Positions 24,421 to 38,645 are shown, counted from the stretch's first letter. The stretch: 64,000 nucleotides of DNA from Macrostomum hystrix (GCA_950097015.1 CATNEN010000027.1:124001-188000), one strand, 5' to 3'. Notes: generated by a model not told the origin, from the sequence alone. Made by a program: numbers and translations.

Positions 24421-25845
24421 TAGTATACTTTTAGGATGACGAGAACTATACTACTTCTATTGATAATAATAGATGTGAAATCTGATACAGAAAAAGTACT
24501 CGGCTTTGAAAGTGAGCAAGAAAGTTTGCGTCACGACAGTGGCATCAACGGTCGCTTTCTCTGTCTCTCACTTTAGAACCAAAACCGGGGCTATAAATAT
24601 CAGACCTGGCTCTGAAGCACTTCGACCTTATTAATTATGAACTTCGCCATCCGATTTTATTACCGACCATCCCCACATGGCGGCGGCAAGTCTTCAATGT
24701 TTCTAACCAATGTCTCTTCCAATTATCAGCTTGGCAGGGTGAGGGCCTTATATAGAGCTTTTACGGTGGCCAACTTTTATTTTATACCCGAACCCACCCG
24801 GACACAACCGGGAAGTGAGTTATTCACTTCTTTTGGGATGAGATCAAGCGATGAAGCAGCTTTCAGTTTTACTGCCACCACCAGCCCCCATCGTAGCTCA
24901 AATATTAACTTCGTTTTATATAGTTTCTGTTTGCTTTTTAAGTTAGTTGCTAATTTTTTACAATCGCTGTGGTTGTATAAGTTGCTACATCAGATTGGGT
25001 CGACAAATAGATAGTGAATTTTGCGTTGATGAAATTGACATTGGCTGCAGATTCAATCTAATTTTGTAAATGGAATTCGGTTGTTTTTACTGGTTATGTG
25101 AATGTACATGCGCTTCTTTGTCTATGAACAGCAAATCTATTTTTAGAAAAAAATGATAGCGTGCGTACGCACTCTTTGTAGACAATCATTCCTGCCTTAG
25201 AGAGATAAGAATGATTTGCAGAAAATCTATTTTTAGAAACAAAATAACAGTGCGTTCGTACGCATCCTTTGTTGACAATCACTCCCCACTTTGAGAGATA
25301 AGAATGACTTATAGAAAATCTATTTTTAGAAGCAAACGCAAAGTACGCGGGCGGTTTTAAACCGATTCAAGAGGCGAATAAAAATAAAGACCGAAGTATT
25401 TCCACACAAGTCAGAGAAAGCTGACAATATTAATGTCTTAACGCCCACCTCAAATGGATATGCAAAAATTCAATAAAGATAAGAGGCTATATGCCCTGAC
25501 ACCACAGTCTCCGATCTAGGTCGCATAATCAGTTGCTCCTCAGCTTGCTCCCCTCTTTTCCTCTCCGCTCAATTTTTCAGGCTCAGTGTTTTAAGCCACA
25601 CCCCCTGTATCCAAAATCCCCTTATCCGTTCGACTGTTTGCATTATTCGATCCAGAATTGACTGACAACGGGGCGTGGAGTTTTAGCGGTCTCGGCTACA
25701 ACTCGGTTGCGAGTCAAAGACTGGCCCTGACCCGGATAATTGACGTCGCTTGAGCTTTAGGAATCGAACTCGGAACATTTCCAAGTCCAAAAATCCGATT
25801 ATATTGATTTGAAATATTGATAATAATGGCAACGACAGCTTAATA

Positions 25846-26057
25846 GCACAGCCGCAGCTATTGCGCGTACTGCCTGTTCAGTCCATGGACTGGTTGGACG
25901 CCACACCAACCGTGGAACCAATTTAACAGCTTAGTGAACTGAAGCTAAGCAGAGCTAAGCGTCTTGCTTAAGGACACAAATTGTTCCCATGGAGTCGGGA
26001 ATCGAACCCCCGACGATCAAGTCGGTAGTCCAAGCATTCCCTCGGCTAAAATCCCCT
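25846..26057 (-). mobile_element. tRNA-derived SINE family B (CORE-like domain)
   Basis: GGTTCGATTCCC B-box, then TTGTGTCCTTAAGCAAG...CTTCAGTTCAC..AGCTGTTAAAT; tail GCAATAGCTGCGGCTGTGC. Confidence 0.72.
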
Positions 26058-26747
26058 ACTTATAATACTAATAGAAGTAGTTATATGCGAGCGCACATCT
26101 GCATATACACATACTAATAAAAAGTAGAAAAATAGACAAATTTAGCATACTTTCAGACAGGTTAATAAAAATGTTTTTTTAATTCTTTTTTTTATCCAAT
26201 TTTCAAGCATCCGTGCAGTGTCTCGTGCACGCGCACAGCATCACACTTCATCAATATTTTTCTCTATTCGCTAGCCCCGTCAGCAACAGCACTCCATTCT
26301 ATGGCAGAATCCACGGGTGTAGGAAGCCAATTAATGAGAATATTGGGGAGTGGGCCTTGGATAGCGGAGAGGTGAAACTGATGCCGCTCACAGGCATGCC
26401 TGTTTCTGCCACATTCAAGTAGCTGAAGCTGGGCTGGTTGGTTGGAACTGACGACCCCCCCCGGCCAGACACTGTAGTCGCGAGGGGGGGAAACGAGAGA
26501 TGGGATGTGTGCAGGCTGTAGAAGCGGCCGAGGCCGTGACACGCCACAGGGGTGAGGCCGCATAAATTATTCATGTCGGGCTGGAGAAATTCAGGAAACG
26601 AGACGGGGAAAGAAGACAGAGGAGAGGAGGGGAAAAATTAGAAGACTCGGCGCGCACAGAAGTGGCAGAGCGGAGTCGGGGTCGCCGCAATGCCCTCACA
26701 CTCCACCCACCCATGTGCTGTGTCCGACACTTCAAGCCGGAAATTCT

Positions 26748-26903
<156 letters not shown>

Positions 26904-27399
26904 CTGGCGACGACTTCGGTATGCTTAGTAGCAGCAGCAGCAACAGCAGCAGCAGCAGTGAGGGGAAGTTGGGAAGGGATTGAGCTCATGCCCTATCGTG
27001 TTGGCAACTTAATTTTCATGCTCCAGCGATCCGCCATTCCATCATCTCTCCGAATCTCGCCTCTCAGCCTCTCTGTATGTCTGCTATTCCGCCCCGTTCT
27101 CTGTTTCTCCAGTTTCCCTTCTGCTTCATCTTTTGCAACTCACTCGGTCTATAGTCTGGCGTGCTCCGGCACAACACACGCCTCTACCGCCCACTGATCT
27201 CTACCTCTCAATTGGCCTTGGCAGAATTCGTCTCCGTCGAGTATGCGCCCGCCTTGGCGATGTCTGAGGAGAGACACCAACTAGGACTAGGCGGGCCTGA
27301 ATTTGCTGGCCAATCAATTTTCAGATTCTCTCGCCTTTGCCAACCCGTCTGTTTTGAGGGACCAAATCAATGCAACTACCTTGCGTTACCTGGGAGCGG

Positions 27400-27715
27400 A
27401 CTGACAGGTTATAGAGATAGACATGTTGGATAGATGGACAGGTTATAGATGGACAGGTTATAGATGGACAGGTTATAGATGGACAGGTTATAGATGGACA
27501 GGTTATAGATGGACAGGTTATAGATGGACAGGTTATAGATGGACAGGTTATAGATGGACAGGTTATAGATGGACAGGTTATAGATGGACAGGTTATAGAT
27601 GGACAGGTTATAGATGGACAGGTTATAGATGGACAGGTTATAGATGGACAGGTTATAGATGGACAGGTTATAGATGGACAGGTTATAGATGGACAGGTTA
27701 TAGATGGACAGTTTA
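27400..27715. repeat. 15-bp minisatellite near the ELAV intron 1 donor
   Basis: ATAGATGGACAGGTT. Confidence 0.95.
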
Positions 27716-27754
27716 AAGATGCAGGTTAGACTGATAGGTTAGACTAACAGGTTA

Positions 27755-28030
<276 letters not shown>

Positions 28031-28773
28031 TCAGATTCTTTGATTTAAGGATAAAAGAAATAATAACTGCCACGCTAATAAGTGCCACTGGGTGTGCATC
28101 TGGTCCTACTGGTAATGCTGTGTGACATTTCCCTATATATGCGTAAAATAGGTAGAGTTCTACAAGTTCCTACTGTAGATTACTGATTCAGCACTGCCGC
28201 ATGTTTCAATCCTAATTAACCAAAGGCTTTGACTTTGAAAAGCGAAGAGCACTAGAGTAAGGCGGTAATTACTTACCTCTAGAGGTGAAATTCAACTATA
28301 TAAATGCAAGCTCAGAAATGCTGAGCATAAGCTCAAGATGCAGCGATTGTCTTTGGCGGACGAAACAGTAACTAACTCGACTCGTCCTCGACATTGGGGA
28401 ATATATCCCCAACCATGGAGTAGATTTGGATGAGTATCAGCAGCCGCAGCCTCATATCCCACATTGCGGCTAGCCAATCAGAGACGGCGGTGACAGCGGA
28501 CTCTGCGTAAGATTTCTATACCGACTATTACATGCGCGTTATCCATTACTAACAGTAGAATGTAGTAGTTAGTAGGCTTCTCATTTTACGAATTCAGTTA
28601 ATAAATAAACTATTGCATTAATTGTTCTTTTCATGACGACAACTGAGATGTGCTGGCGTGTATTTGGTTTTCTAATTAAATAAAAAAACTGCATTAAAAT
28701 GAAAAATTCTGTAAACTTGCGAGCGGAGCCTCCGCATCACTGGGAGTCTCACATTACCAAATATGGAATGCGG

Positions 28774-28939
28774 TTAATAGTGCGCGGCGGTGCGCCAACA
28801 GTCTAGTGCTGGCCGATGCAACTCCTGCTGAAGGCAGTGCTGCTGCACCAGATGCCGCCAGTGCTGGTGCTGAAGCTGCGTTGTCGCCGTCGCTGTTGCC
28901 ATCGAGGACGGAAATGCGAAGCTTTGGATTGGCATGAAC

Positions 28940-28976
<37 letters not shown>

Positions 28977-29538
28977 GCGGTGGATTGAAGTCTCGATGAT
29001 TAGCGTGTCTTAACGATCTGAAATTGTCAGAGAAGCCAGTCTGCTGCCATGAAGGCCAAACTGGCGACAGTGACAAACTCTGCCGACACACGGCGCACTT
29101 GCTCCGCTCATGCTGTGCTCTGCTCTGGCAGCAGTGGCACCGGTAGTGACAAGCTTCCGCTAGGTCCTCGCCAGTGTACGATTCCGTGTCGGATGTCGCC
29201 GCGTAAGATGCGGTCATCAAGCCGTAGTTATTGCTTTCCTGCTGGCTGAAGGAGACTGCGGGATATTCCAGAGTGCGCCGAAGTGCGTACCGCCTTGCCT
29301 GCCTGGAACTGCCGCCGCACTGACTTCGTCGCGGCGATGGCGGCCGCGACGTACACGTGGAATCCCCGGACTCTCTGTCGCTTTCGAAGTGGTGAATAAA
29401 AATCTCTATGCTGTGGGTCCATTGTGACCGATCTTTTGCAGCTGGTTTTATCTGTTTGTGTAGCCGGCGGCAGTTCTGACAGCTTCTGTTGCCGCTGCCG
29501 CGGCTGCAGCCGTCCTTGAAGCTGCGGCGACCGCTCAT
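28774..29538 (-). CDS. Intronless orphan ORF (~254 aa), Cys-rich with polyQ
   Basis: ATG at 29538, GC-rich like true exons; CQNC, CHCCQ and CAVC motifs plus a Q tract. No family recognised. Confidence 0.45.
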
Positions 29539-31249
29539 TGCCGTTCGGTGCGGCACCAAAGTCTACTTTAGCCAGCAATGTTTCTTTTTTGTGTGCGCTC
29601 ACAATTCGATAATTATAGACGAAAAACTAGCAGCTAGTTGCGTTATAAATAGACTATTCAAGCTCAACATATTCAATCAGTTTGATGTGCCTTTAACTCG
29701 GAAACAAAGTCTTGGCCACAGACAATTAACTATTCACTATTTTAAATCACTGCATTTGAGATTGTTTTAATTTGAAGTTAATTTACTAAAATGGACAAAT
29801 GATCTAAAACCATCCTCGATCTGGCTCAGTACACACAATGGCACTGACTAGGTGTATCCAGGGGAGAGCTGCATCACTTGATAAAATATTTTCTAGAATG
29901 CCACAACCGCATCCTCCAGAATCGTTTCACATGACCTGAAAATCGCCGCACTCTCCAAGAGTTGTCCCACTACCCGAGAATCGCCCCACTACATGAGAAT
30001 CGTCCCATTACATGAGAATTATGTAATGGGAGCCCACTACCTAAGAATCACCCAAGGGATTTGGAATTTCTAGGGAGTGAGACTACTCTAGGGTTGGGGT
30101 TGGTTATGGAGGAGTGGAATCAGGATTTTATTCGTTGCGTAGCCAAGTATCAAAGGAAGAATGCTCAAAGAATCCCCAGCGTCAAAGGAGGGCCGAGTGG
30201 TTTTTGCAGCCTCGCAGCGGATATATACCAAGCGGTAGAATATTTCCGAAGACGTTGAGGCCGTCGAAAGAGGCAGATAACGGGGCGCTCATGGTCATGC
30301 GACACGCACGGCGCTGCATACTCCGCCGAGTCTCATCTCATGACAGGTCTTGAGCCGCAGGCGCTTGCCCAGATCAGTCCGACGTACGAGGTTAAGTAAA
30401 GGCACTTGTGCTGTTTTGGTTGGCTCTTGATGCAGAATATTGAGTAACATGTATTCGCTTCTGTCACGTCACATGACTAATGTAAATAAAAAATCTCAAA
30501 AATAAAAAATCAAAGATCTCAAAATTTCTAGACAAGGTGTGCAAGCGCTCTTATTTCAGTCGCAGAAATCTTTCCTGACCTTTGAGTTTCGAGACTAAAA
30601 AAAGCTAGCAATGGGAGCATCCGTTTTTCTCGAATATTCAAAAGCACATCCAATCGAGCTGATTTGCTCTGCAATCTAATTTGTGGCTGGGTGAATTGCT
30701 TCCAGTCATTTTTCAGCTCATTTGGTCGACTATAAGTGCCCAAAAAGAGCATATTTTAAAATACATAGGCGAGCATCAGTTTTTTATATTTGTGTTCCTA
30801 ATCCACGAGAGAACTGCACAAAAATGTTCTGCGTTGCAGTTCTAATGAGTGAAAAGTTATTCATTGAGTTTGGCGTAGATTCGATGACGATAAAGTGTGC
30901 TTTTGTTAATCTTCGAATGTCAATCTGAATATCGCTCGGCAAATACGGTGAAATACCTACTGACTGAACACACATTGGTTGGCTATGCCTATGCGCAGAT
31001 TGAACTACACGATTATCAGCAGCAAATGGAATTAAGACCAAGCTTATTATATTGTTTAACTTGATACTAAGGGGGTTGAATTTTACTTCGTAAGAACAAC
31101 AAAAAATTAATATGACTATTCCGAACCCTGGTATTTATTCAATGCTTATTATTGCTGCATCAAACTTTTTTACTACATTTGGGTATGGAGTTTTAAGTCA
31201 AGGTGAGTAGCTAGCTTAGCTGATAGCTATGCGTGGCCTGGCTTTATTA

Positions 31250-31570
31250 AATTATGTGGTGTTCTAGGCCTAGTTGATCCCTTTAATATTTTATCTTACT
31301 AATGCAGCTACTGCCACCAAAGTTGTTAAAGGCCCACTTTCTTAAATTTTGGATTTCTAGGCCTATTCTTAGACTTAGGCTTATAGTTAATTTCTTGCGA
31401 CAATTTCTTGTCGCATTTCTTAGACTTGATCTTACTTTAGTTATATCAAGTAATGTATATTAGTTATTCTGGCCAATTACTATTATAGTATGTATGTAGT
31501 TCTGGGTACTTGGCCTACCAAAGAGTGTTACCATCAATATTTTCTATATTATCTTATCTAGGCCTATCTC
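31250..31570. repeat. AT-rich interspersed repeat rich in TAGGCCTA, copy 1
   Basis: TAGTTATTCTGGCCAA...GTATGTATGTA...CCAAAGAGT shared with 61260-61700. Confidence 0.55.
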
Positions 31571-32800
31571 TTTAATTTCTCTTAGTAACTGTCTCCATAT
31601 GTTTGTAAAGAACTTTAAAATAAAAGAACACTTTTCTGAGTATTTAAATTCAAATGTCATAACTGTGAAACACATTGCTCTTTTTTATTCTGGATCACTG
31701 TTTGTAAGCCTATACATCTTTCATATTAAAATCGTAAACATAGTTAAACAATGTTTATTTGTATACATACATTCGCAACACCCGGCCGACCTGGCCGAAC
31801 CGGCCGGGTGAAACAAGGGCCAAGCAAGGTAAGTTGCAAAAACCAATCAACCAAGCGCAAAAAAATCAAAGGGGGGACCAAGGGACAAAAAAGGAAAGTG
31901 TGAAGAAAAGGAAAAAGGGGAGAGAAAAAGAGAGCAAATGAGAGCAAACTAAAGAAGGCTTTGTTGCCTAATGCACTTGTAAATTGTAGATCAGCACCAA
32001 GAAAGTCTTTGAGAATTGCATCATCTTTTACTTTGAATTCCAAAACCAGGGGCTCCTGTGGATGTAAAACAGCACAAAAATGCACAATAGCTACTTTTGC
32101 CAGAGGGTCATGTCTTAGAGCAGCAGAACATCAATATTATTACTAAAGTGGTTGTTACTAAAGTTGATTGTATTTTGTGTATAAGACAGCTAGCTGGTCA
32201 AGAACATTTTTAAAAAAGGTCCTCTGGGACACAGTTTGGCACATAATAGATCATGCCCATTTTTACATTTAGGCATAATTGGTGCACATTAGTATTTTAT
32301 TGGCATACCTGATGCATACATATGATTTTTTTGAGATGGCTTCTACTACTAGCACACATACAGTCTATGGCACACAACTAGCACACTAGCAATGATCCCG
32401 ACTTTAGGGCCTATGGTTGGATAGTCCAAACCGATCTGCAAGATATCCTAAACAGACTAGATGTCGGCTGCAAGTCTAATTCTAAGTTAGTGGTTATACA
32501 GCAGTAGTAGTTGTTATCTCTATAGTCACAGAAATGTATAGCTATAAAAATAATTTGCTGCAAACCGAAGCAACTCCTTAAATGGCTAAATGTTCATTCC
32601 AAGTCTTAGTGACTTACTAGCTTTATGAAGCATATTCTTATTTTTCATTGCTAGCTATTGTTTTAACTTATGAAAAAACTAGCCTACATCTATATATGTA
32701 CTAGTATTTTTTAAGCAAGCATTTCTAACACAAATACATAGTAAAATCTTACCCACACCAGGGTAGGTGCCTAAATTGACTTTACAATGTTTCAATTTAT

Positions 32801-34741
32801 CATCCGTTTCAAATGAGAATTAGTGCAAATGAAAGCTGGGAATCTCTGCAACATTTTCTGTTTCACCATATTTTTTTATGCTGGAGTGGCTCCGAACAGC
32901 TTGCCATTTAGCACAGACAGGTCGAATGAAAAAAGTGACAGAATGACATAGAGCAAGCAGTCTATGGCCAACTTTCTTCATGCGCTGACAAACTCCACAG
33001 TGTCTAGGAAGCCTACTGTCGATCGGTCGCTCTGTTTGTGGGGCTTGCTTTACTTCTTCACAGATAATCAGATACATTATAAACAGAAGGTAAACAAAAA
33101 TGTAACACGGGAATTCTGGCAAAATCATTCACATCAGGGAAAATCAAGGGTAGCAGTAATGATGTTAAAATGAGCTGGATTTATTAGTATCGTGTTGCTC
33201 CTCCCTGTGCAGCAATGACAGCCTCGCATCGAGATCGCATGGATTGAAGCACTCTGTGCACAAGGGGCTGCGGTATCGCTGCCCACTCCTCTGCAATAGC
33301 GGGAGTCAGTGCTGCAAAGTTCGTGATATTCCTGCGAGCAAGCCTTGTCCCCAGCTCATCCCACAGGTGCTCGATTGGATTCAAGTCCGGGCTGTTGGCT
33401 GGCTGTTGCTGCTTGTGAAGCTGCTCCACAACTGCACAGCGATGCGGGGTGGCGTTGTCATCTTGCAGTATGAAGCCAGGACCCACGCTTGCTAGCCCAA
33501 ATGGTAGAGCCACATTGCGCAGAATGTCTACGTAGCCATGACCAGTGAGTGTCCTATCAATGAACTCAATTGCGGACAACTCGTTCCAGGAGGCAGCTGC
33601 CCAAATCATAACGGAAACGGAACCACCACTTCCACCACGTCTTGTTACCCATTGCACCGCTTCCTGTTGCGCATATCTCGAATTCTTCTCTCGGCGAACG
33701 CACACCCGACCATCATTCCACTGAACCGAGAATCCACTCTCGTCCGTGAACACGACTTGACGCCAGTGCTGCAGAGCTGACCAATGACGGTGGTGGAGAG
33801 CCCATTGGAGTCTTGCAGCTCGATGCGCAGCAGTCAGTTTAGGAAACTTGAGGGTTCTGTAGCTCTTCAGCCCTGCTGCCTTCAGGCGTCGAGAATTGGA
33901 GTCTTGCAGCTCGATGCGCAGCAGTCAGTTTAGGAAACTTGAGGGTTCTGTAGCTCTTCAGCCCTGCTGCCTTCAGGCGTCGAGAATTGGAGTCTTGCAG
34001 CTCGATGCGCAGCAGTCAGTTTAGGAAACTTGAGGGTTCTGTAGCTCTTAAGCCCTGCTGCCTTCAGGCGTCGAGAAATGGTCATCTGCGATGTCGTAAC
34101 GTGCAGCATTTTGTGCAGCTCTCGCTGTAGCTCTGGCAGGGTTACAAATGGCTGATCGATCGCCACGGCAGCAACAAACTGATCGCACTCTGCGTCCATT
34201 GCACGTGGACGGCCTGACCTTTGGTCATTGGTGACAGAATTCGTTGCCGCAAATTTGGTCGCATAGTGCTGAACAGTAGATTTTGGCACAACGAGATGGT
34301 TTGCAATCCTGCCAAGCGACCAGCCTGCGTCCTCTCGAAGCGAAACGATTCTCCAACGAATTTCTTGGCTCACAACAGGCATGTCTCTCAGAAAGGGCAA
34401 GTTAAGTCATGGAACTTTGCAAGGAAGCACCTGGGGTTATACAGTGTGCAACAGTTTAGGCCATAGACATGTCGCCTGGGGTGAAGAAGTAAAGCAAACC
34501 CCACAAGCAGAGCGACGATCAACAGTAGGCTTCCTAGAAACTGTGGAGTTTGTCAGCGCGTGAAGAAAGTTGGCCATAGACTGCTTGCTCTATGTCATTC
34601 TGTCACTTTTTTTCATTCGACCTGTCTGTGCTAAACAGCAAGCTGTTCGGAGCCACCCCAGAAGAAAAAAATACGGCAACACAGAAAATGTTGCAGAGAT
34701 TCCCAGCTTTCATTTACACAAATTTTCATTTGAAACGGATG
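32801..34741 (-). mobile_element. Tc1-family DNA transposon with ~260-bp terminal inverted repeats, defective
   Basis: 32801-33061 is the reverse complement of 34481-34741 with some mismatches; transposase lies between them. No clean TA target duplication seen. Confidence 0.92.
33184..34382 (-). pseudogene. Tc1 DDE transposase, frameshifted
   Basis: N-terminal HTH, VFTDES, ILQDDNA..H and SPDLNPIEHLW motifs. A 91-bp triplication at 33804-34076 breaks the frame, and D-to-E spacing is 28 rather than 34. Confidence 0.9.
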
Positions 34742-35840
34742 GAAATTATGGATACTAGAGGCAACAGAAGTAACCGTACAAGAACTTTTGTTAGACAGTA
34801 TCGATTACCATAGAGTCACCTGTAGTGTCTCTGATAGATGTTGTTGGATTCCGCCAATTTTAAGTGGAACTATTTTCCATAACACTATTATTAATATTAT
34901 GAGGTACAAAGCATAACAATAATATAAACTTTTGAGATGTCATACTTTGAATTTTAGGTAGAAAATGCAATTGCAACTAATAAAAGCAAATAGTCTGTTC
35001 CATTGCTCCTGAGTTCAATACTGAAAAAGTGAATTTCATGAAAGTCGATTGTTGTTAGTTGCTGGTGTTTAAAATGTACTCAAACGTTTTTTTCCTCAAA
35101 GTCTTTGTGATAAGATTCCATTGATGGCTCACTGTTGACACCAATCACTCACCAGAAACTTTTATGCACTGAAACTTGGCTCTTGCAGTACCTAACTCAA
35201 TAAGTTAACGCGATTCTTTATTATTGCGTTTTTAGGCCAAAGTGAAGTATGAAGCTATTCAGGGCAATTGTGCACTTTCCGTAATTTCAAATAGTTTTTT
35301 TCGAATAGCGCTAGTATTTGTCAGTCAGCTGTTCCTGGACCCATTTGGCATGCTTGGCAGTCATCTTTAAAATCTTTCTTTACTTGCTACTTGCTACTTT
35401 AATTGATTCCTGCTGGCTCCACTTTATATTGACGTCCTTAATAGAATCCGAATACAATTTGTGGACACCAGCTAGTTGGTTTGTTGGACACACATTGTAG
35501 TAAACATTGTCGTTCATTGCACTCTTGTAGCGGAGCTTTGAAAATTGTGTCCATCATTCACAGCCGTTAAAACCAGGTCCTCTTCTATTACTTAAGCACA
35601 TATTTATACTGTTATGGCAAATGCTACGAAGAACTTTTACCACACTCTGGGACAGTATTTGAGCCTGATATATCCTGACGAGTTGGAAACAATCGATTGT
35701 TTTCGTCATTCATCAATGTTTATTTTCGAGCAAACTTTTTGCACAGTACTAATGAAGGTTAGCAAATTTGGAAATTAGGGTACCTTTGTTTTCTGATCAG
35801 TAAACAAACTTAAGAGCTCATTAGTACTGAATTTTACCAG

Positions 35841-36003
35841 GCACAACAGATTGGTCCAAGCCAACAATTTTCTATTTGAAATCTTATGCCGAGACGCATG
35901 CTTCCCGTACTACTGTGATAATTGCGCCTCAATTGGTTGGCAATATTGTCTGGAGTGTTCAACAGTTTGTTAAGCCAGAATGCCCAATATTACCTATGGA
36001 CAT
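35841..36003 (+). CDS. TMEM8: TMEM8/PGAP6-like protein, first identified exon (true first exon not found)
   Basis: ttttaccag|GC ACA...KPTIFYLKSYAETH...CPILPMDI|gtgagt; phases match the next exon. Confidence 0.6.
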
Positions 36004-36085
36004 GTGAGTTTAAAACAAAGATAAAAAATGATATACTCGATAAACAAGACATATTTGTGCAGCATTCAGTAAATTTCAATTTCAG

Positions 36086-36293
36086 TTTGATCAGCACTCA
36101 GCATGGCGCAGTCCCGTGGCTCAACGAGTCCGACTGGTCGCCTGACCTGTTGATTCTGCGCGGTCAGAGATTCGGCACCCGATTAGACGACTCCATAGCT
36201 GCCGCCCGAATTTCCTTTGACACGATGGGCGCCAGAGTGTTCTACGTCACAGCAATTAGCCTTGCACCTGAGCCCTCAAAACTGCAGAAATTG
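36086..36293 (+). CDS. TMEM8: TMEM8/PGAP6-like exon
   Basis: ttcag|...LISTQHGAVPWLN...VFYVTAISLAPEPSKLQKL|gtgagc; GAxP motif like the PGAP6 ectodomain. Confidence 0.75.
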
Positions 36294-36359
36294 GTGAGCT
36301 CAAAGCTAACCTCAATTTCTATCTCACGTCTCCCGATTCTCTCATCCTCTTTGTCCTCC

Positions 36360-38040
36360 AACTGATGTCCTATAATTCCACCTGTCCTCTCACTTCCCTG
36401 TCCTCTAATTCCACCTATCCTCCAAATTCCCTGTCCTCTAATTCCACCTGTCCTCCCACTTCCCTGTCCTCTAAATTCCACCTGTCCTCCCATTTCCCTG
36501 TCCTCTAATTCCACCTATCCTCCAAATTCCCTGTCCTCTAATTCCACCTGTCCTCCAATTCCTCTTGTCCTCTCACTTCCCTGTCCTCTAATTCCACCTG
36601 TTCTCCAAATTCCCTGTCCTCTAATTCCACCTGTCCTCCCACTTCCCTGTCCTCTAGTTCTACTTGTCCTCTAACTTCCCTGTCCTCTAATTCCACCTGT
36701 CCTCCCACTTCCCTGTCCTCTAATTCCACCTGTCCTCTCACTTCCCTGTCCTCTAATTCCACCTGTCCTCTAATTCCACCTGTCCTCTCACTTCCCTGTC
36801 CTCTAATTCCACCTGTCCTCTAATTCCACCTGTCCTCTAATTCCACCTGTCCTCTAATTCCACCTGTCCTCTAATTCCACCTGTCCTCTAATTCCACCTG
36901 TCCTCTAATTCCACCTGTCCTCTAATTCCACCTGTCCTCTAATTCCATCTGTCCTCTAATTCCACCTGTCCTCTAATTCCACCTGTCCTCTAATTCCACC
37001 TGTCCTCTAATTCCACCTGTCCTCTAATTCTACCTGTCCTCTAATTCCACCTGTCCTCTAATTTCACCTGTCCTATAATTCCACCTGTCCTCCCACTTCC
37101 CTGTCCTCTAATTCCACCTGTCCTCTAATTTCACCTGTCCTCTAATTCCACCTGTCCTCTAATTCCACCTGTCCTCTAATTCCACCTGTCCTCTAATTCC
37201 ACCTGTTCTCCAAATTCCCTGTCCTCTAATTCCACCTGTCCTCCCACTTCCCTGTCCTCTAGTTCTACTTGTCCTCTAACTTCCCTGTCCTCTAATTCCA
37301 CCTGTCCTCCCACTTCCCTGTCCTCTAATTCCACCTGTCCTCCAAATTCCCTGTCCTCTAATTCCACCTGTCCTATAATTCCACCTGTCCTCTAATTCCA
37401 CCTGTCCTCTAATTCCACCTGTCCTCTAATTCCACCTGTTCTCCAAATTCCCTGTCCTCTAATTCCACCTGTCCTCTAATTCCACCTGTCCTCTAATTCC
37501 ACCTGTCCTCCCACTTCCCTGTCCTCTAGTTCTACTTGTCCTCTAACTTCCCTGTCCTCTAATTCCACCTGTCCTCCCACTTCCCTGTCCTCTAATTCCA
37601 CCTGTCCTCTCACTTCCCTGTCCTCTAATTCCACCTGTCCTCTAATTCCACCTGTCCTCTAATTCCACCTGTCCTCTAATTCCACCTGTCCTCTAATTCC
37701 ACCTGTCCTCTAATTCCACCTGTCCTCTAATTCCACCTGTCCTCTAATTCCACCTGTCCTCTAATTTCACCTGTCCTATAATTCCACCTGTCCTCCCACT
37801 TCCCTGTCCTCTAATTCCACCTGTCCTCCAAATTCCCTGTCCTATAATTCCACCTGTCCTCTAATTCCACCTGTCCTCTAATTCCACCTGTTCTCCAAAT
37901 TCCCTGTCCTCTAATTCCACCTGTCCTCCCACTTCCCTGTCCTCTAATTCCACCTGTCCTCCAAATTCCCTGTCCTCTAATTCCACCTGTCCTCCAAATT
38001 CCCTGTCCTCTAATTCCACCTGTCCTCTAGTTCTACTTGT
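36360..38040. repeat. 17-bp pyrimidine minisatellite filling a TMEM8 intron
   Basis: CTCTAATTCCACCTGTC, alternating with a CCCACTTCCCTGT variant. Confidence 0.94.
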
Positions 38041-38095
38041 CCTCTCATTTAACCTTGTCCTATCATCTCCCCCGTCATTTGATGCCTTCAAACAG

Positions 38096-38232
38096 GGCTT
38101 ATCGAAGCTGGAAGATTGTCCTCTGGCTGTGCGCTTTAATCCCAGGGGCAAAGTGCCAGTCAGCATACCTCTGATACAGCTGGATACAAACGTGACTGTA
38201 CTGATTAGATCCGACGATGTGTCATTTTTTCG
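38096..38232 (+). CDS. TMEM8: TMEM8/PGAP6-like exon
   Basis: aaacag|GLSKLEDCPLAVRFNPR...DVSFFR|gtaaga; phase 0-2. Confidence 0.75.
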
Positions 38233-38344
38233 GTAAGACTAACGCTGTTTACTTTGGTCTGAAATTAGTCTTTCTGGGGACGCACTATTGTTACGTAAAA
38301 CCTAATCAGAATAGTTATTAACAGACCGACTGTTAACCCCATAA

Positions 38345-38645
38345 GTTGTTGCCCCAGTCAGTCGGTTGCTACCCCAAATCCGTCGGTTGCTACCCCAAAT
38401 CCGTCGGTTGCTACCCCAAATCCGTCGGTTGCTACCCCAAATCCCTCGGTTGCTACCCCAAATCCGTCTTTTATTGCCCAAAATCCGTCTGTTATTGCCT
38501 CAAATCCGTCGGTTGCTACCCCAAATCCGTCGGTTGCTTCCCCAAATCCGTCGGTTGCTTTCCCAAATCCGTCGGTTGCTTCCCCAAATCCGTCGGTTGT
38601 TTCTTTCCCAAATCCGTCGGTTGCTTCTCCAAATCCGTCGGTTGT
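38345..38645. repeat. 21-bp minisatellite
   Basis: CCCCAAATCCGTCGGTTGCTA. Confidence 0.92.

Noticed and set aside
30114-30410. GC-rich coding-like patch
   Set aside because: Stops in the plausible frames and no recognisable homology; it may be a TE fragment but I cannot support a call.
32040-32146. CXC/Tesmin-like domain (GSCGCKTAQKC)
   Set aside because: Too few cysteines at the expected spacing, and the ORF is short with no support.
35675-35705. Minimal hammerhead (CTGACGA..GAAAC with palindromic helix III)
   Set aside because: Helix I cannot form and helix II lacks its closing pair; it is only a 16-bp palindrome.
35318-35760. First (signal-peptide) exon of the TMEM8-like gene
   Set aside because: No ATG-initiated frame ending at a phase-1 donor was found; left unannotated.
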